NCBI GenBank assembly: GCA_964016885.1
Contig: OZ024744.1
Location: 118,358,001 to 118,422,000, forward strand
Direction of reading: 5' to 3'
Source: Eledone cirrhosa
Lineage: Eukaryota
Length of the DNA stretch: 64,000 nucleotides
Shown: one piece after another, positions 10,741 through 25,700 of the stretch
Layout of the letters: every line of letters begins with the position of its first letter
How positions within the stretch are numbered: position 1 is the stretch's first letter
Program-made: the position numbers and the translations under genes
Notes under the pieces: generated by a model
What the model saw: only the letters and a program-made list of their open reading frames with translations
Databases searched by the model: none
Told to the model about the DNA's origin: nothing

Positions 10741-13700
10741 AAGGAGATGAGGTACTGAGAGAGGCTGACAGAAGCTCTACTGTCTGGAATGGGAGAGATA
10801 TATACAGTGATATAGATAAGGAGATGAGGTACTGAGAGAGGCTGACAGAAGCTCTACTGTCTGGAATGGGAGAGATATATACAGTGATATAGATAAGGAG
10901 ATGAGGTACTGAGAGAGGCTGACAGCAGCTCTACTGTCTGGAATGGGAGAGATATATACAGTGATATAGATAAGGAGATGAGGTACTGAGAGAGGCTGAC
11001 AGAAGCTCTACTGTCTGGAATGGGAGAGATATATACAGTGATATAGATAAGGAGATGAGGTACTGAGAAAGGTTGACAGAAGCTCTACTGTCTGGAATGG
11101 GAGAGATATATACAGTGATATAGATAAGGAGATGGGGTACTGAGAGAGGCTGACAGAAGCTCTACTGTCTGGAATGGGAGAGATATATACAGTGATATAG
11201 ATAAGGAGATGAGGTACTGAGAGAGGCTGACAGAAGTTCTACTGTCTGGAATGGGAGAGATATATACAGTGATATAGATAAGGAGATGAGGTACTGAGAG
11301 AGGCTGACAGAAGCCCTACTGTCTGGAATGGGAGAGATATATACAGTGATATAGATAAGTAGATGAGGTACTGAGAGAGGCTGACAGAAGCCCTACTGTC
11401 TGGAATGGGAGAGATATATACAGTGATATAGATAAGGAGATGAGGTACTGAGAGAGGCTGACAGAAGTGCTACTGACTGGAATGGGAGAGATATATACAG
11501 TGATATAGATAAGGAGATGAGGTACTGAGAGAGATTGACAGAAGCTCTACTGTCTGGAATGGGAGAGATATATACAGTGATATAGATAAGGAGATGAGGT
11601 ACTGAGCGAGGTTGACAGAAGTGCTACTGTCTGGAATGGGAGTGATATATACAGTGATATAGGTAAGGAGATGAGGTACTGAGAGAGGCTGACAGAAGCT
11701 CTACTGTCTGGAATGGGAGAGATATATACAGTGAAATAGATAAGGAGATGAGGTACTGAGAGAGGCTGACAGAAGTTCTACTATCTGGAATGGGAGAGAT
11801 ATATACAGTGATATAGATAAGGAGATGAGGTACTGAGAGAGGCTGACAGTAGCTCTACTGTCTGGAATGGGAGAGATATATACAGTGATATAGATAAGGA
11901 GATGAGGTACTGAGAGAGGCTGACAGAAGTTCTACTGTCTGGAATGGGAGAGATATATACAGTGATATAGATAAGATGAGGTACTGAGAGAAGCTGACAG
12001 AAGCTCTACAGTCTGGAATGGGAGAGATATATACAGTGATATAGATAAGGAGATGAAGTACTGAGAGAGGCTGACAGAAGCTCTACTGTCTGGAATGGGA
12101 GAGATATATACAGTGATATAGATAAGGAGATGAGGTACTGAGAAAGGTTGACAGAAGCTCTACTGTCTGGAATGGGAGAGATATATACAGTGATATAGAT
12201 AAGGAGATGGGGTACTGAGAGAGGCTGACAGAAGCTCTACTGTCTGGAATGGGAGAGATATATACAGTGATATAGATAAGGAGATGAGGTACTGAGAGAG
12301 GCTGACAGAAGTTCTACTGTCTGGAATGGGAGAGATATATACAGTGATATAGATAAGGAGATGAGGTACTGAGAGAGGCTGACAGAAGCCCTACTGTCTG
12401 GAATGGGAGAGATATATACAGTGATATAGATAAGTAGATGAGGTACTGAGAGAGGCTGACAGAAGCCCTACTGTCTGGAATGGGAGAGATATATACAGTG
12501 ATATAGATAAGGAGATGAGGTACTGAGAGAGGCTGACAGAAGTGCTACTGACTGGAATGGGAGAGATATATACAGTGATATAGATAAGGAGATGAGGTAC
12601 TGAGAGAGATTGACAGAAGCTCTACTGTCTGGAATGGGAGAGATATATACAGTGATATAGATAAGGAGATGAGGTACTGAGCGAGGTTGACAGAAGTGCT
12701 ACTGTCTGGAATGGGAGTGATATATACAGTGATATAGGTAAGGAGATGAGGTACTGAGAGAGGCTGACAGAAGCTCTACTGTCTGGAATGGGAGAGATAT
12801 ATACAGTGAAATAGATAAGGAGATGAGGTACTGAGAGAGGCTGACAGAAGTTCTACTATCTGGAATGGGAGAGATATATACAGTGATATAGATAAGGAGA
12901 TGAGGTACTGAGAGAGGCTGACAGTAGCTCTACTGTCTGGAATGGGAGAGATATATACAGTGATATAGATAAGGAGATGAGGTACTGAGAGAGGCTGACA
13001 GAAGTTCTACTGTCTGGAATGGGAGAGATATATACAGTGATATAGATAAGATGAGGTACTGAGAGAAGCTGACAGAAGCTCTACAGTCTGGAATGGGAGA
13101 GATATATACAGTGATATAGATAAGGAGATGAAGTACTGAGAGAGGCTGACAGAAGCTCTACTGTCTGGAATGGGAGAGATATATACAGTGATATAGATAA
13201 GGAGATGAGGTACTGAGAAAGGTTGACAGAAGCTCTACTGTCTGGAATGGGAGAGATATATACAGTGATATAGATAAGGAGATGAGGTACTGAGAGAGGC
13301 TGACAGAAGCTCTACTGTCTGGAATGGGAGAGATATATACAGTGATATAGATAAGGAGGTGAGGTACTGAGAGAGGCTGACAGAAGTGCTACTCTCTGGA
13401 ATGGGAGAGATATATACAGTGATATAGATAAGGAGATGAGGTACTGAGAGAGGTTGACAGAAGCTCTACTGTCTGGAATGGGAGAGATATATACAGTGAT
13501 ATAGATAAGGAGATGAGGTACTGAGAGAGGCTGACAGAAGTTCTACTGTCTGGAATGGGAGAGATATATACAGTGATATAGATAAGGAGATGAGGTACTG
13601 AGAGAGGCTGACAGAAGTTCTACTGTCTGGAATGGGAGAGATATATACAGTGATATAGATAAGATGAGGTACTGAGAGAAGCTGACAGAAGCTCTACTGT

Positions 13701-16700
13701 CTGGAATGGGAGAGATATATACAGTGATATAGATAAGGAGATGAAGTACTGAGAGAGGCTGACAGAAGCTCTACTGTCTGGAATGGGAGAGATATATACA
13801 GTGATATAGATAAGGAGATGAGGTACTGAGAGAGGCTGACAGAAGTTCTACTGTCTGGAATGGGAGAGATATATACAGTGATATAGATAAGGAGATGAGG
13901 TACTGAGAGAGGTTGACAGAAGCTCTACTGTCTGGAATGGGAGAGATATATACAGTGATATAGATAAGGAGATGAGGTACTGAGAGAGGTTGACAGAAGC
14001 TCTACTGTCTGGAATGGGAGAGATATATACAGTGATATAGATAAGGAGATGAGGTACTGAGAGAGGCTGACAGTAGCTCTACTGTCTGGAATGGGAGAGA
14101 TATATACAGTGATATAGATAAGGAGATGAGGTACTGAGAGAGGCTGACAGAAGCTCTACTGTCTGGAATGGGAGAGATATATACAGTGATATAGATAAGG
14201 AGATGAGGTACTGAGAGAGGCTGACAGAAGTTCTACTGTCTGGAATGGGAGAGATATATACAGTGATATAGATAAGGAGATGAGGTACTGAGAGAGGTTG
14301 ACAGAAGCTCTACTGTCTGGAATGGGAGAGATATATACAGTGATATAGATAAGGAGATAAGGTACTGAGAGAGGCTGACAGCAGCTCTACTGTCTGGAAT
14401 GGGAGAGATATATACAGTGATATAGATAAGGAGATGAGGTACTGAGAGAGGCTGACAGAAGTTCTACTGTCTGGAATGGGAGAGATATATACAGTGATAT
14501 AGATAAGGAGTTGAGGTACTGAGAGAGGCTGACAGAAGCTCTACTGTCTGGAATGGGAGAGATATATACAGTGATATGGGTAAGGAGATGAGGTACTGAG
14601 AGAGGCTGACAGAAGCTCTACTGTCTGGAATGGGAGAGATATATACAGTGATATAGATAAGGAGATGGGGTACTGAGAGAGGCTGACAGAAGCTCTACTG
14701 TCTGGAATGGGAGAGATATATACAGTGATATAGATAAGGAGATGAGGTACTGAGAGAGGCTGACAGAAGTTCTACTGTCTGGAATGGGAGAGATATATAC
14801 AGTGATATAGATAAGGAGATGAGGTACTGAGAGAGGCTGACAGAAGCTCTACTGTCTGGAATGGGAGAGATATATACAGTGATATAGATAAGGAGATGAG
14901 GTACTGAGAGAGGCTGACAGAAGCTCTACTGTCTGGAATGGGAGAGATATATACAGTGATATAGATAAGGAGATGAGGTACTGAGAGAGGTTGACAGAAG
15001 CTCTACTGTCTGGAATGGGAGAGATATATACAGTGATATAGATAAGGAGATGAGGTACTGAGAGAGGCTGACAGAAGCTCTACTGTCTGGAATGGGAGAG
15101 ATATATACAGTGATATAGATAAGATGAGGTACTGAGAGAGGCTGACAGAAACTCTACTGTCTGGAATGGGAGAGATATATACAGTGATATAGATAAGGAG
15201 ATGAGGTACTGAGAGAGGCTGACAGAAGTTCTACTGTCTGGAATGTGAGAGATATATACAGTGATATAGATAAGGAGATGAGGTACTGAGAGAGGCTGAC
15301 AGAAGCTCTACTGTCTGGAATGGGAGAGATATATACAGTGATATAGATAAGGAGATGAGGTACTGAGAGAGGCTGACAGAAGTTCTACTGTCTGGAATCG
15401 GAGAGATATATACAGTGATATAGATAAGGAGATGAGGTACTGAGAGAGGCTGACAGAAGCTCTTCTGTCTGGAATGGGAGAGCTATATACAGTGATATAG
15501 ATAAGGAGATGAGGTACTGAGAGAGGCTGACAGAAGCTCTACTGTCTGGAATGGGAGAGATATATACAGTGATATAGATAAGGAGATGAGGTACTGAGAG
15601 AGGCTGACAGAAACTCTACTGTCTGGAATAGGAGAGATATATACAGTGATATAGATAAGGAGATGAGGTACTGAGAGAGGCTGACAGAAGCTCTACTGTC
15701 TGGAATGGGAGAGATATATACAGTGATATAGATAAGGAGATGAGGTACTGAGAGAGGCTGACAGAAGTTCTACTGTCTGGAATGGGAGAGATATATACAG
15801 TGATATAGATAAGGAGATGAGGTACTGGGAGAGGCTGACAGAAGCTCTACTGTCTGGAATGGGAGAGATATATACAGTGATATAGATAAGGAGATGAGGT
15901 ACTGAGAGAGGCTGACAGAAGTTCTACTGTCTGGAATGGGAGAGATATATACAGTGATATAGATAAGGAGATGAGGTACTGAGAGAGGCTGACAGAAGCC
16001 CTACTGTCTGGAATGGGAGAGATATATACAGTGATATAGATAAGGAGATGAGGTACTGAGAGAGGCTGACAGAAGCCCTACTGTCTGGAATGGGAGAGAT
16101 ATATACAGTGATATCGATAAGGAGATGAGGTACTGAGAGAGGCTGACAGAAGTTCTACTGTCTGGAATGGGAGAGATATATACAGTGATATAGATAAGGA
16201 GATGAGGTACTGGGAGAGGCTGACAGAAGTTCTACTGTCTGGAATGGGAGAGATATATACAGTGATATAGATAAGGAGATGAGGTACTGAGAGAGGCTGA
16301 CAGAAGCTCTACTGTCTGGAATGGGAGAGATATATACAGTGATATAGATAAGGAGATGAGGTACTGAGAGAGGCTGACAGAAGCTCTACTGTCTGGAATG
16401 GGAGAGATATATACAGTGATATAGATAAGGAGATGAGGTACTGAGAGAGGCTGACAGAAGCTCTACTGTCTGGAATGGGAGAGATATATACAGTGATATA
16501 GATAAGGAGATGAGGTACTGAGAGAGGCTGACAGAAGCTCTACTGTCTGGAATGGGAGAGATATATACAGTGATATAGATAAGGAGATGAGGTACTGAGA
16601 GAGGCTGACAGAAGCTCTACTGTCTGGAATGGGAGAGATATATACAGTGATATAGATAAGGAGATGAGGTACTGAGAGAGGCTGACAGCAGCTCTACTGT

Positions 16701-19700
16701 CTGGAATGGGAGAGATATATACAGTGATATAGATAAGGAGATGAGGTACTGAGAGAGGCTGACAGAAGCTCTACTGTCTGGAATGGAGAGATATATACAG
16801 TGATATAGATAAGGAGATGAGGTACTGAGAAAGATTGACAGAAGCTCTACTGTCTGGAATGGGAGAGATATATACAGTGATATAGATAAGGAGATGGGGT
16901 ACTGAGAGAGGCTGACAGAAGCTCTACTGTCTGGAATGGGAGAGATATATACAGTGATATAGATAAGGAGATGAGGTACTGAGAGAGGCTGACAGAAGTT
17001 CTACTGTCTGGAATGGGAGAGATATATACAGTAATATAGATAAGGAGATGAGGTACTGAGAGAGGCTGACAGAAGCCCTACTGTCTGGAATGGGAGAGAT
17101 ATATACAGTGATATAGATAAGTAGATGAGGTACTGAGAGAGGCTGACAGAAGCCCTACTGTCTGGAATGGGAGAGATATATACAGTGATATAGATAAGGA
17201 GATGAGGTACTGAGAGAGGCTGACAGAAGTGCTACTGACTGGAATGGGAGAGATATATACAGTGATATAGATAAGGAGATGAGGTACTGAGAGAGATTGA
17301 CAGAAGCTCTACTGTCTGGAATGGGAGAGATATATACAGTGATATAGATAAGGAGATGAGGTACTGAGCGAGGTTGACAGAAGTGCTACTGTCTGGAATG
17401 GGAGTGATATATACAGTGATATAGGTAAGGAGATGAGGTACTGAGAGAGGCTGACAGAAGCTCTACTGTCTGGAATGGGAGAGATATATACAGTGAAATA
17501 GATAAGGAGATGAGGTACTGAGAGAGGCTGACAGAAGTTCTACTATCTGGAATGGGAGAGATATATACAGTGATATAGATAAGGAGATGAGGTACTGAGA
17601 GAGGCTGACAGTAGCTCTACTGTCTGGAATGGGAGAGATATATACAGTGATATAGATAAGGAGATGAGGTACTGAGAGAGGCTGACAGAAGTTCTACTGT
17701 CTGGAATGGGAGAGATATATACAGTGATATAGATAAGATGAGGTACTGAGAGAAGCTGACAGAAGCTCTACTGTCTGGAATGGGAGAGATATATACAGTG
17801 ATATAGATAAGGAGATGAAGTACTGAGAGAGGCTGACAGAAGCTCTACTGTCTGGAATGGGAGAGATATATACAGTGATATAGATAAGGAGATGAGGTAC
17901 TGAGAAAGGTTGACAGAAGCTCTACTGTCTGGAATGGGAGAGATATATACAGTGATATAGATAAGGAGATGAGGTACTGAGAGAGGCTGACAGAAGCTCT
18001 ACTGTCTGGAATGGGAGAGATATATACAGTGATATAGATAAGGAGGTGAGGTACTGAGAGAGGCTGACAGAAGTGCTACTCTCTGGAATGGGAGAGATAT
18101 ATACAGTGATATAGATAAGGAGATGAGGTACTGAGAGAGGTTGACAGAAGCTCTACTGTCTGGAATGGGAGAGATATATACAGTGATATAGATAAGGAGA
18201 TGAGGTACTGAGAGAGGCTGACAGAAGTTCTACTGTCTGGAATGGGAGAGATATATACAGTGATATAGATAAGGAGATGAGGTACTGAGAGAGGCTGACA
18301 GAAGTTCTACTGTCTGGAATGGGAGAGATATATACAGTGATATAGATAAGGAGATGGGGTACTGAGAGAGGCTGACAGTAGCTCTACTGTCTGGAATGGG
18401 AGAGATATATACAGTGATATAGATAAGATGAGGTACTGAGAGAAGCTGACAGAAGCTCTACTGTCTGGAATGGGAGAGATATATACAGTGATATAGATAA
18501 GGAGATGAAGTACTGAGAGAGGCTGACAGAAGCTCTACTGTCTGGAATGGGAGAGATATATACAGTGATATAGATAAGGAGATGAGGTACTGAGAGAGGC
18601 TGACAGAAGTTCTACTGTCTGGAATGGGAGAGATATATACAGTGATATAGATAAGGAGATGAGGTACTGAGAGAGGTTGACAGAAGCTCTACTGTCTGGA
18701 ATGGGAGAGATATATACAGTGATATAGATAAGGAGATGAGGTACTGAGAGAGGTTGACAGAAGCTCTACTGTCTGGAATGGGAGAGATATATACAGTGAT
18801 ATAGATAAGGAGATGAGGTACTGAGAGAGGCTGACAGTAGCTCTACTGTCTGGAATGGGAGAGATATATACAGTGATATAGATAAGGAGATGAGGTACTG
18901 AGAGAGGCTGACAGAAGCTCTACTGTCTGGAATGGGAGAGATATATACAGTGATATAGATAAGGAGATGAGGTACTGAGAGAGGCTGACAGAAGTTCTAC
19001 TGTCTGGAATGGGAGAGATATATACAGTGATATAGATAAGGAGATGAGGTACTGAGAGAGGTTGACAGAAGCTCTACTGTCTGGAATGGGAGAGATATAT
19101 ACAGTGATATAGATAAGGAGATAAGGTACTGAGAGAGGCTGACAGCAGCTCTACTGTCTGGAATGGGAGAGATATATACAGTGATATAGATAAGGAGATG
19201 AGGTACTGAGAGAGGCTGACAGAAGTTCTACTGTCTGGAATGGGAGAGATATATACAGTGATATAGATAAGGAGTTGAGGTACTGAGAGAGGCTGACAGA
19301 AGCTCTACTGTCTGGAATGGGAGAGATATATACAGTGATATGGGTAAGGAGATGAGGTACTGAGAGAGGTTGACAGAAGCTCTACTGTCTGGAATGGGAG
19401 AGATATATACAGTGATATAGATAAGGAAATGAGGTACTGAGAGAGGTTGACAGAAGCTCTACTGTCTGGAATGGGAGAGATATATACAGTGATATAGATA
19501 AGGAGATGAGGTACTGAGAGAGGCTGACAGTAGCTCTACTGTCTGGAATGGGAGAGATATATACAGTGATATAGATAAGGAGATGGGGTACTGAGAGAGG
19601 CTGACAGTAGCTCTACTGTCTGGAATGGGAGAGATATATACAGTGATATAGATAAGGAGATGAGGTACTGAGAGAGGTTGACAGAAGCTCTACTGTCTGG

Positions 19701-22700
19701 AATGGGAGAGATATATACAGTGATATAGATAAGGAGATGAGGTACTGAGAGAGGCTGACAGAAGTTCTACTGTCTGGAATGGGAGAGATATATACAGTGA
19801 TATAGATAAAGAGATGAGGTACTGAGAGAGGCTGACAGTAGCTCTACTGTCTGGAATGGGAGAGATATATACAGTGATATAGATAAGGAGATGAGCTACT
19901 GAGAGAGGCTGACAGAAGTTCTACTGTCTGGAATGGGAGAGATATATACAGTGATATAGATAAGGAGATGAGGTACTGAGAGAGGCTGACAGTAGCTCTA
20001 CTGTCTGGAATGGGAGAGATATATACAGTGATATAGATAAGGAGATGAGGTACTGAGAGAGGCTGACAGAAGTTCTACTGTCTGGAATGGGAGAGATATA
20101 TACAGTGATATAGATAAGATGAGGTACTGAGAGAAGCTGACAGAAGCTCTACTGTCTGGAATGGGAGAGATATATACAGTGATATAGATAAGGAGATGAA
20201 GTACTGAGAGAGGCTGACAGAAGCTCTACTGTCTGGAATGGGAGAGATATATACAGTGATATAGATAAGGAGATGGGGTACTGAGCGAGGTTGACAGAAG
20301 CTCTACTGTCTGGAATGGGAGAGATATATACAGTGATATAGATAAGGAGATGAGGTACTGAGAGAGGCTGACAGAAGCTCTACTGTCTGGAATGGGAGAG
20401 ATATATACAGTGATATAGATAAGGAGATGAGGTACTGAGAGAGGCTGACAGAAGCTCTACTGTCTGGAATGGGAGAGATATATACAGTGATATAGATAAG
20501 GAGATGAGGTACTGAGAGAGGTTGACAGAAGTTCTACTGTCTGGAATGGGAGAGATATATACAGTGATATAGATAAGGAGATGAGGTACTGAGAGAGGCT
20601 GACAGAAGCTCTACTGTCTGGAATGGGAGAGATATATACAGTGATATAGATAAGGAGATGAGGTACTGAGAGAGGTTGACAGAAGCTCTATTGTCTGGAA
20701 TGGGAGAGATATATACAGTGATATAGATAAGGAGATGAGGTACTGAGAGAGGCTGACAGAAGTTCTACTCTCTGGAATGTGAGAGATATATACAGTGATA
20801 TAGATAAGGAGATGAGGTACTGAGAGAGGCTGACAGAAGTTCTACTGTCTGGAATGGGAGAGATATATACAGTGATATAGATAAGGAGATGAGGTACTGA
20901 GAGAGGCTGACAGAAGCTCTACTGTCTGGAATGGGAGAGATATATACAGTGATATAGATAAGGAGATGGGGTACTGAGAGAGGCTGACAGAAGCTCTACT
21001 GTCTGGAATGTGAGAGATATATACAGTGATATAGATAAGGAGATGAGGTACTGAGAGAGGCTGACAGCAGCTCTACTGTCTGGAATGGGAGAGATATATA
21101 CAGTGATATAGATAAGGAGATGAGGTACTGAGAGAGGCTGACAGAAGTTCTACTGTCTGGAATGGGAGAGATATATACAGTGATATAGATAAGGAGATGA
21201 GGTACTGAGAGAGGCTGACAGAAGCTCTACTGTCTGGAATGGGAGAGATATATACAGTGATATAGATAAGGAGATGAGGTACTGAGCGAGGTTGACAGAA
21301 GCTCTACTGTCTGGAATGGGAGAGATATATACAGTGATATAGATAAGGAGATGAGGTACTGAGAGAGGCTGACAGCAGCTCTACTGTCTGGAATGGGAGA
21401 GATATATACAGTGATATAGATAAGGAGATGAGGTACTGAGAGAGGCTGACAGAAGCTCTACTGTCTGGAATGGGAGAGATATATACAGTGATATAGATAA
21501 GGAGATGAGGTACTGAGAGAGGCTGACAGAAGCCCTACTGTCTGGAATGGGAGAGATATATACAGTGATATAGATAAGGAGATGAGGTACTGAGAGAGGC
21601 TGACAGAAGTTCTACTGTCTGGAATGGGAGAGATATATACAGTGATATAGATAAGGAGATGAGGTACTGGGAGAGGCTGACAGAAGTTCTACTGTCTGGA
21701 ATGGGAGAGATATATACAGTGATATAGATAAGGAGATGAGGTACTGAGAGAGGCTGACAGAAGCTCTACTGTCTGGAATGGGAGAGATATATACAGTGAT
21801 ATAGATAAGGAGATGAGGTACTGAGAGAGGCTGACAGAAGCTCTACTGTCTGGAATGGGAGAGATATATACAGTGATATAGATAAGGAGATGAGGTACTG
21901 AGAGAGGCTGACAGAAGCTCTACTGTCTGGAATGGGAGAGATATATACAGTGATATAGATAAGGAGATGAGGTACTGAGAGAGGCTGACAGAAGCTCTAC
22001 TGTCTGGAATGGGAGAGATATATACAGTGATATAGATAAGGAGATGGGGTACTGAGAGAGGCTGACAGTAGCTCTACTGTCTGGAATGGGAGAGATATAT
22101 ACAGTGATATAGATAAGGAGATGAGGTACTGAGAGAGGCTGACAGAAGTGCAACTGTCTGGAATGGGAGAGATATATACAGTGATATAGATAAGGAGATG
22201 AGGTACTGAGAGAGGCTGACAGAAGCTCTTCTGTCTGGAATGGGAGAGATATATACAGTGATATAGATAAGGAGATGGGGTACTGAGAGAGGCTGACAGA
22301 AGCTCTACTGTCTGGAATGGGAGAGATATATACAGAGATATAGATAAGGAGATGGGGTACTGAGAGAGGCTGACAGTAGCTCTACTGTCTGGAATGGGAG
22401 AGATATATACAGTGATATAGATAAGGAGATGAGGTACTGAGAGAGGCTGACAGAAGCTCTACTGTCTGGAATGGGAGAGATATATACAGTGATATAGATA
22501 AGGAGATGAGGTACTGAGAGAGGCTGACAGAAGCTCTACTGTCTGGAATGGGAGAGATATATACAGTGATATAGATAAGGAGATGGGGTACTGAGAGAGG
22601 CTGACAGAAGCTCTACTGTCTGGAATGGGAGAGATATATACAGTGATATAGATAAGGAGATGAGGTACTGAGAGAGGCTGACAGAAGTTCTACTGTCTGG

Positions 22701-25700
22701 AATGGGAGAGATATATACAGTGATATAGATAAGATGAGGTACTGAGAGAAGCTGACAGAAGCTCTACTGTCTGGAATGGGAGAGATATATACAGTGATAT
22801 AGATAAGGAGATGAGGTACTGAGAGAGGCTGACAGAAGCTCTTCTGTCTGGAATGGGAGAGATATATACAGTGATATAGATAAGATGAGGTACTGAGAGA
22901 AGCTGACAGAAGCTCTACTGTCTGGAATGGGAGAGATATATACAGTGATATAGATAAGGAGATGAGGTACTGAGAGAGGCTGACAGAAGCTCTACTGTCT
23001 GGAATGGGAGAGATATATACAGTGATATAGATAAGGAGATGGGGTACTGAGAGAGGCTGACAGAAGCTCTACTGTCTGGAATGTGAGAGATATATACAGT
23101 GATATAGATAAGGAGATGAGGTACTGAGAGAGGCTGACAGAAGTTCTACTGTCTGGAATCGGAGAGATATATACAGTGATATAGATAAGGAGATGAGGTA
23201 CTGAGAGAGGCTGACAGAAGCTCTTCTGTCTGGAATGGGAGAGCTATATACAGTGATATAGATAAGGAGATGAGGTACTGAGAGAGGCTGACAGAAGCTC
23301 TACTGTCTGGAATGGGAGAGATATATACAGTGATATAGATAAGGAGATGAGGTACTGAGAGAGGCTGACAGAAGCTCTACTGTCTGGAATAGGAGAGATA
23401 TATACAGTGATATAGATAAGGAGATGAGGTACTGAGAGAGGCTGACAGAAGCTCAACTGTCTGGAATGGGAGAGCTATATACAGTGATATAGATAAGGAG
23501 ATGAGGTACTGAGAGAGGCTGACAGAAGCTCTACTGTCTGGAATGGGAGATATATATACAGTGATATAGATAAGGAGATGAGGTACTGAGAGAGGTTGAC
23601 AGAAGTTCTACTCTCTGGAATGGGAGAGATATATACAGTGATATAGATAAGGAGATGAGGTACTGAGAGAGGCTGACAGAAGCTCTACTGTCTGGAATGG
23701 GAGAGATATATACAGTGATATAGATAAGGAGATGAGGTACTGAGAGAGGTTGACAGAAGTTCTACTGTCTGGAATGGGAGAGATATATACAGTGATATAG
23801 ATAAGGAGATGAGGTACTGAGAGAGGCTGACAGAAGCCCTACTGTCTGGAATGGGAGAGATATATACAGTGATATAGATAAGGAGATGAGGTACTGATAG
23901 AGGCTGACAGAAGCTCTACTGTCTGGAATAGGAGAGATATATACAGTGATATAGATAAGGAGATGGGGTACTGAAAGAGGCTGACAGAAGTAAAACTGTC
24001 TGGAATGGGAGATATATACAGTGATATAGATAAGGAGATGGGGTACTGAGAGAGGCTGACAGAAGTAAAACTGTCTGGAATGGGAGATATATACAGTGAT
24101 ATAGATAAGGAGATGGGGTACTGAGAGAGGCTGACAGAAGCTCTACTGTCTGGAATGGGAGAGATATATACAGTGATATAGATAAGGAGATGAGGTACTG
24201 AGAGAGGTTGACAGAAGCTCTACTGTCTGGAATGGGAGAGATATATACAGTGATATAGATAAGGAGATGAGGTACTGAGAGAGGCTGACAGCAGCTCTAC
24301 TGTCTGGAATGGGAGAGATATATACAGTGATATAGATAAGGAGATGAGGTACTGAGAGAGGCTGACAGAAGCTCTACTGTCTGGAATGGGAGAGATATAT
24401 ACAGTGATATAGATAAAAAGATGAGGTACTGAGAGAGGCTGACAGAAGCTCTTCTGTCTGGAATGGGAGAGCTATATACAGTGATATAGATAAGGAGATG
24501 AGGTACTGAGAGAGGCTGACAGAAGCTCTACTGTCTGGAATGGGAGAAATATATACAGTGATATAGATAAGGAGATGAGGTACTGAGAGAGGCTGACAGA
24601 AGCTCAACTGTCTGGAATGGGAGAGCTATATACAGTGATATAGATAAGGAGATGAGGTACTGAGAGAGGCTGACAGAAGCTCTACTGTCTGGAATGGGAG
24701 AGATATATACAGTGATATAGATAAGGAGATGAGGTACTGAGAGAGGTTGACAGAAGTTCTACTGTCTGGAATGGGAGAGATATATACAGTGATATAGATA
24801 AGGAGATGAGGTACTGAGAGAGGCTGACAGAAGTTCTACTGTCTGGAATGGGAGAGATATATACAGTGATATAGATAAGGAGATGAGGTACTGAGAGAGG
24901 CTGACAGAAGTTCTACTGTCTGGAATGGGAGAGATATATACAGTGATATAGATAAGGAGATGAGGTACTGAGAGCGGTTGACAGTAGTTCTACTGTCTGG
25001 AATGGGAGAGATATATACAGTGATATAGATAAGGAGATGAGGTACTGAGAGAGGCTGACAGAAGTTCTACTGTCTGGAATGGGAGAGATATATACAGTGA
25101 TATAGATAAGGAGATGAGGTACTGAGAGAGGCTGACAGAAGCTCTACTGTCTGGAATGGGAGAGATATATACAGTGATATAGATAAGGAGATGGGGTACT
25201 GAGAGAGGCTGACAGAAGCTCTACTGTCTGGAATGTGAGAGATATATACAGTGATATAGATAAGGAGATGAGGTACTGAGAGAGGCTGACAGAAGCTCTA
25301 CTGTCTGGTATGGGAGAGATATATACAGTGATATAGATAAGGAGATGAGGTACTGAGAGAGGCTGACAGAAGCCCTACTGTCTGGAATGGGAGAGATATA
25401 TACAGTGATATAGATAAGGAGATGAGGTACTGAGAGAGGCTGACAGAAGTTCTACTGTCTGGAATGGGAGAGATATATACAGTGATATAGATAAGGAGAT
25501 GAGGTACTGAGAGAGGCTGACAGAAGCTCTACTGTCTGGAATGGGAGAGATATATACAGTGATATAGATAAGGAGATGAGGTACTGAGAGAGGCTGACAG
25601 AAGCTCTACTGTCTGGAATGGGAGAGATATATACAGTGATATAGATAAGGAGATGAGGTACTGAGAGAGGCTGACAGAAGCTCTACTGTCTGGAATGGGA

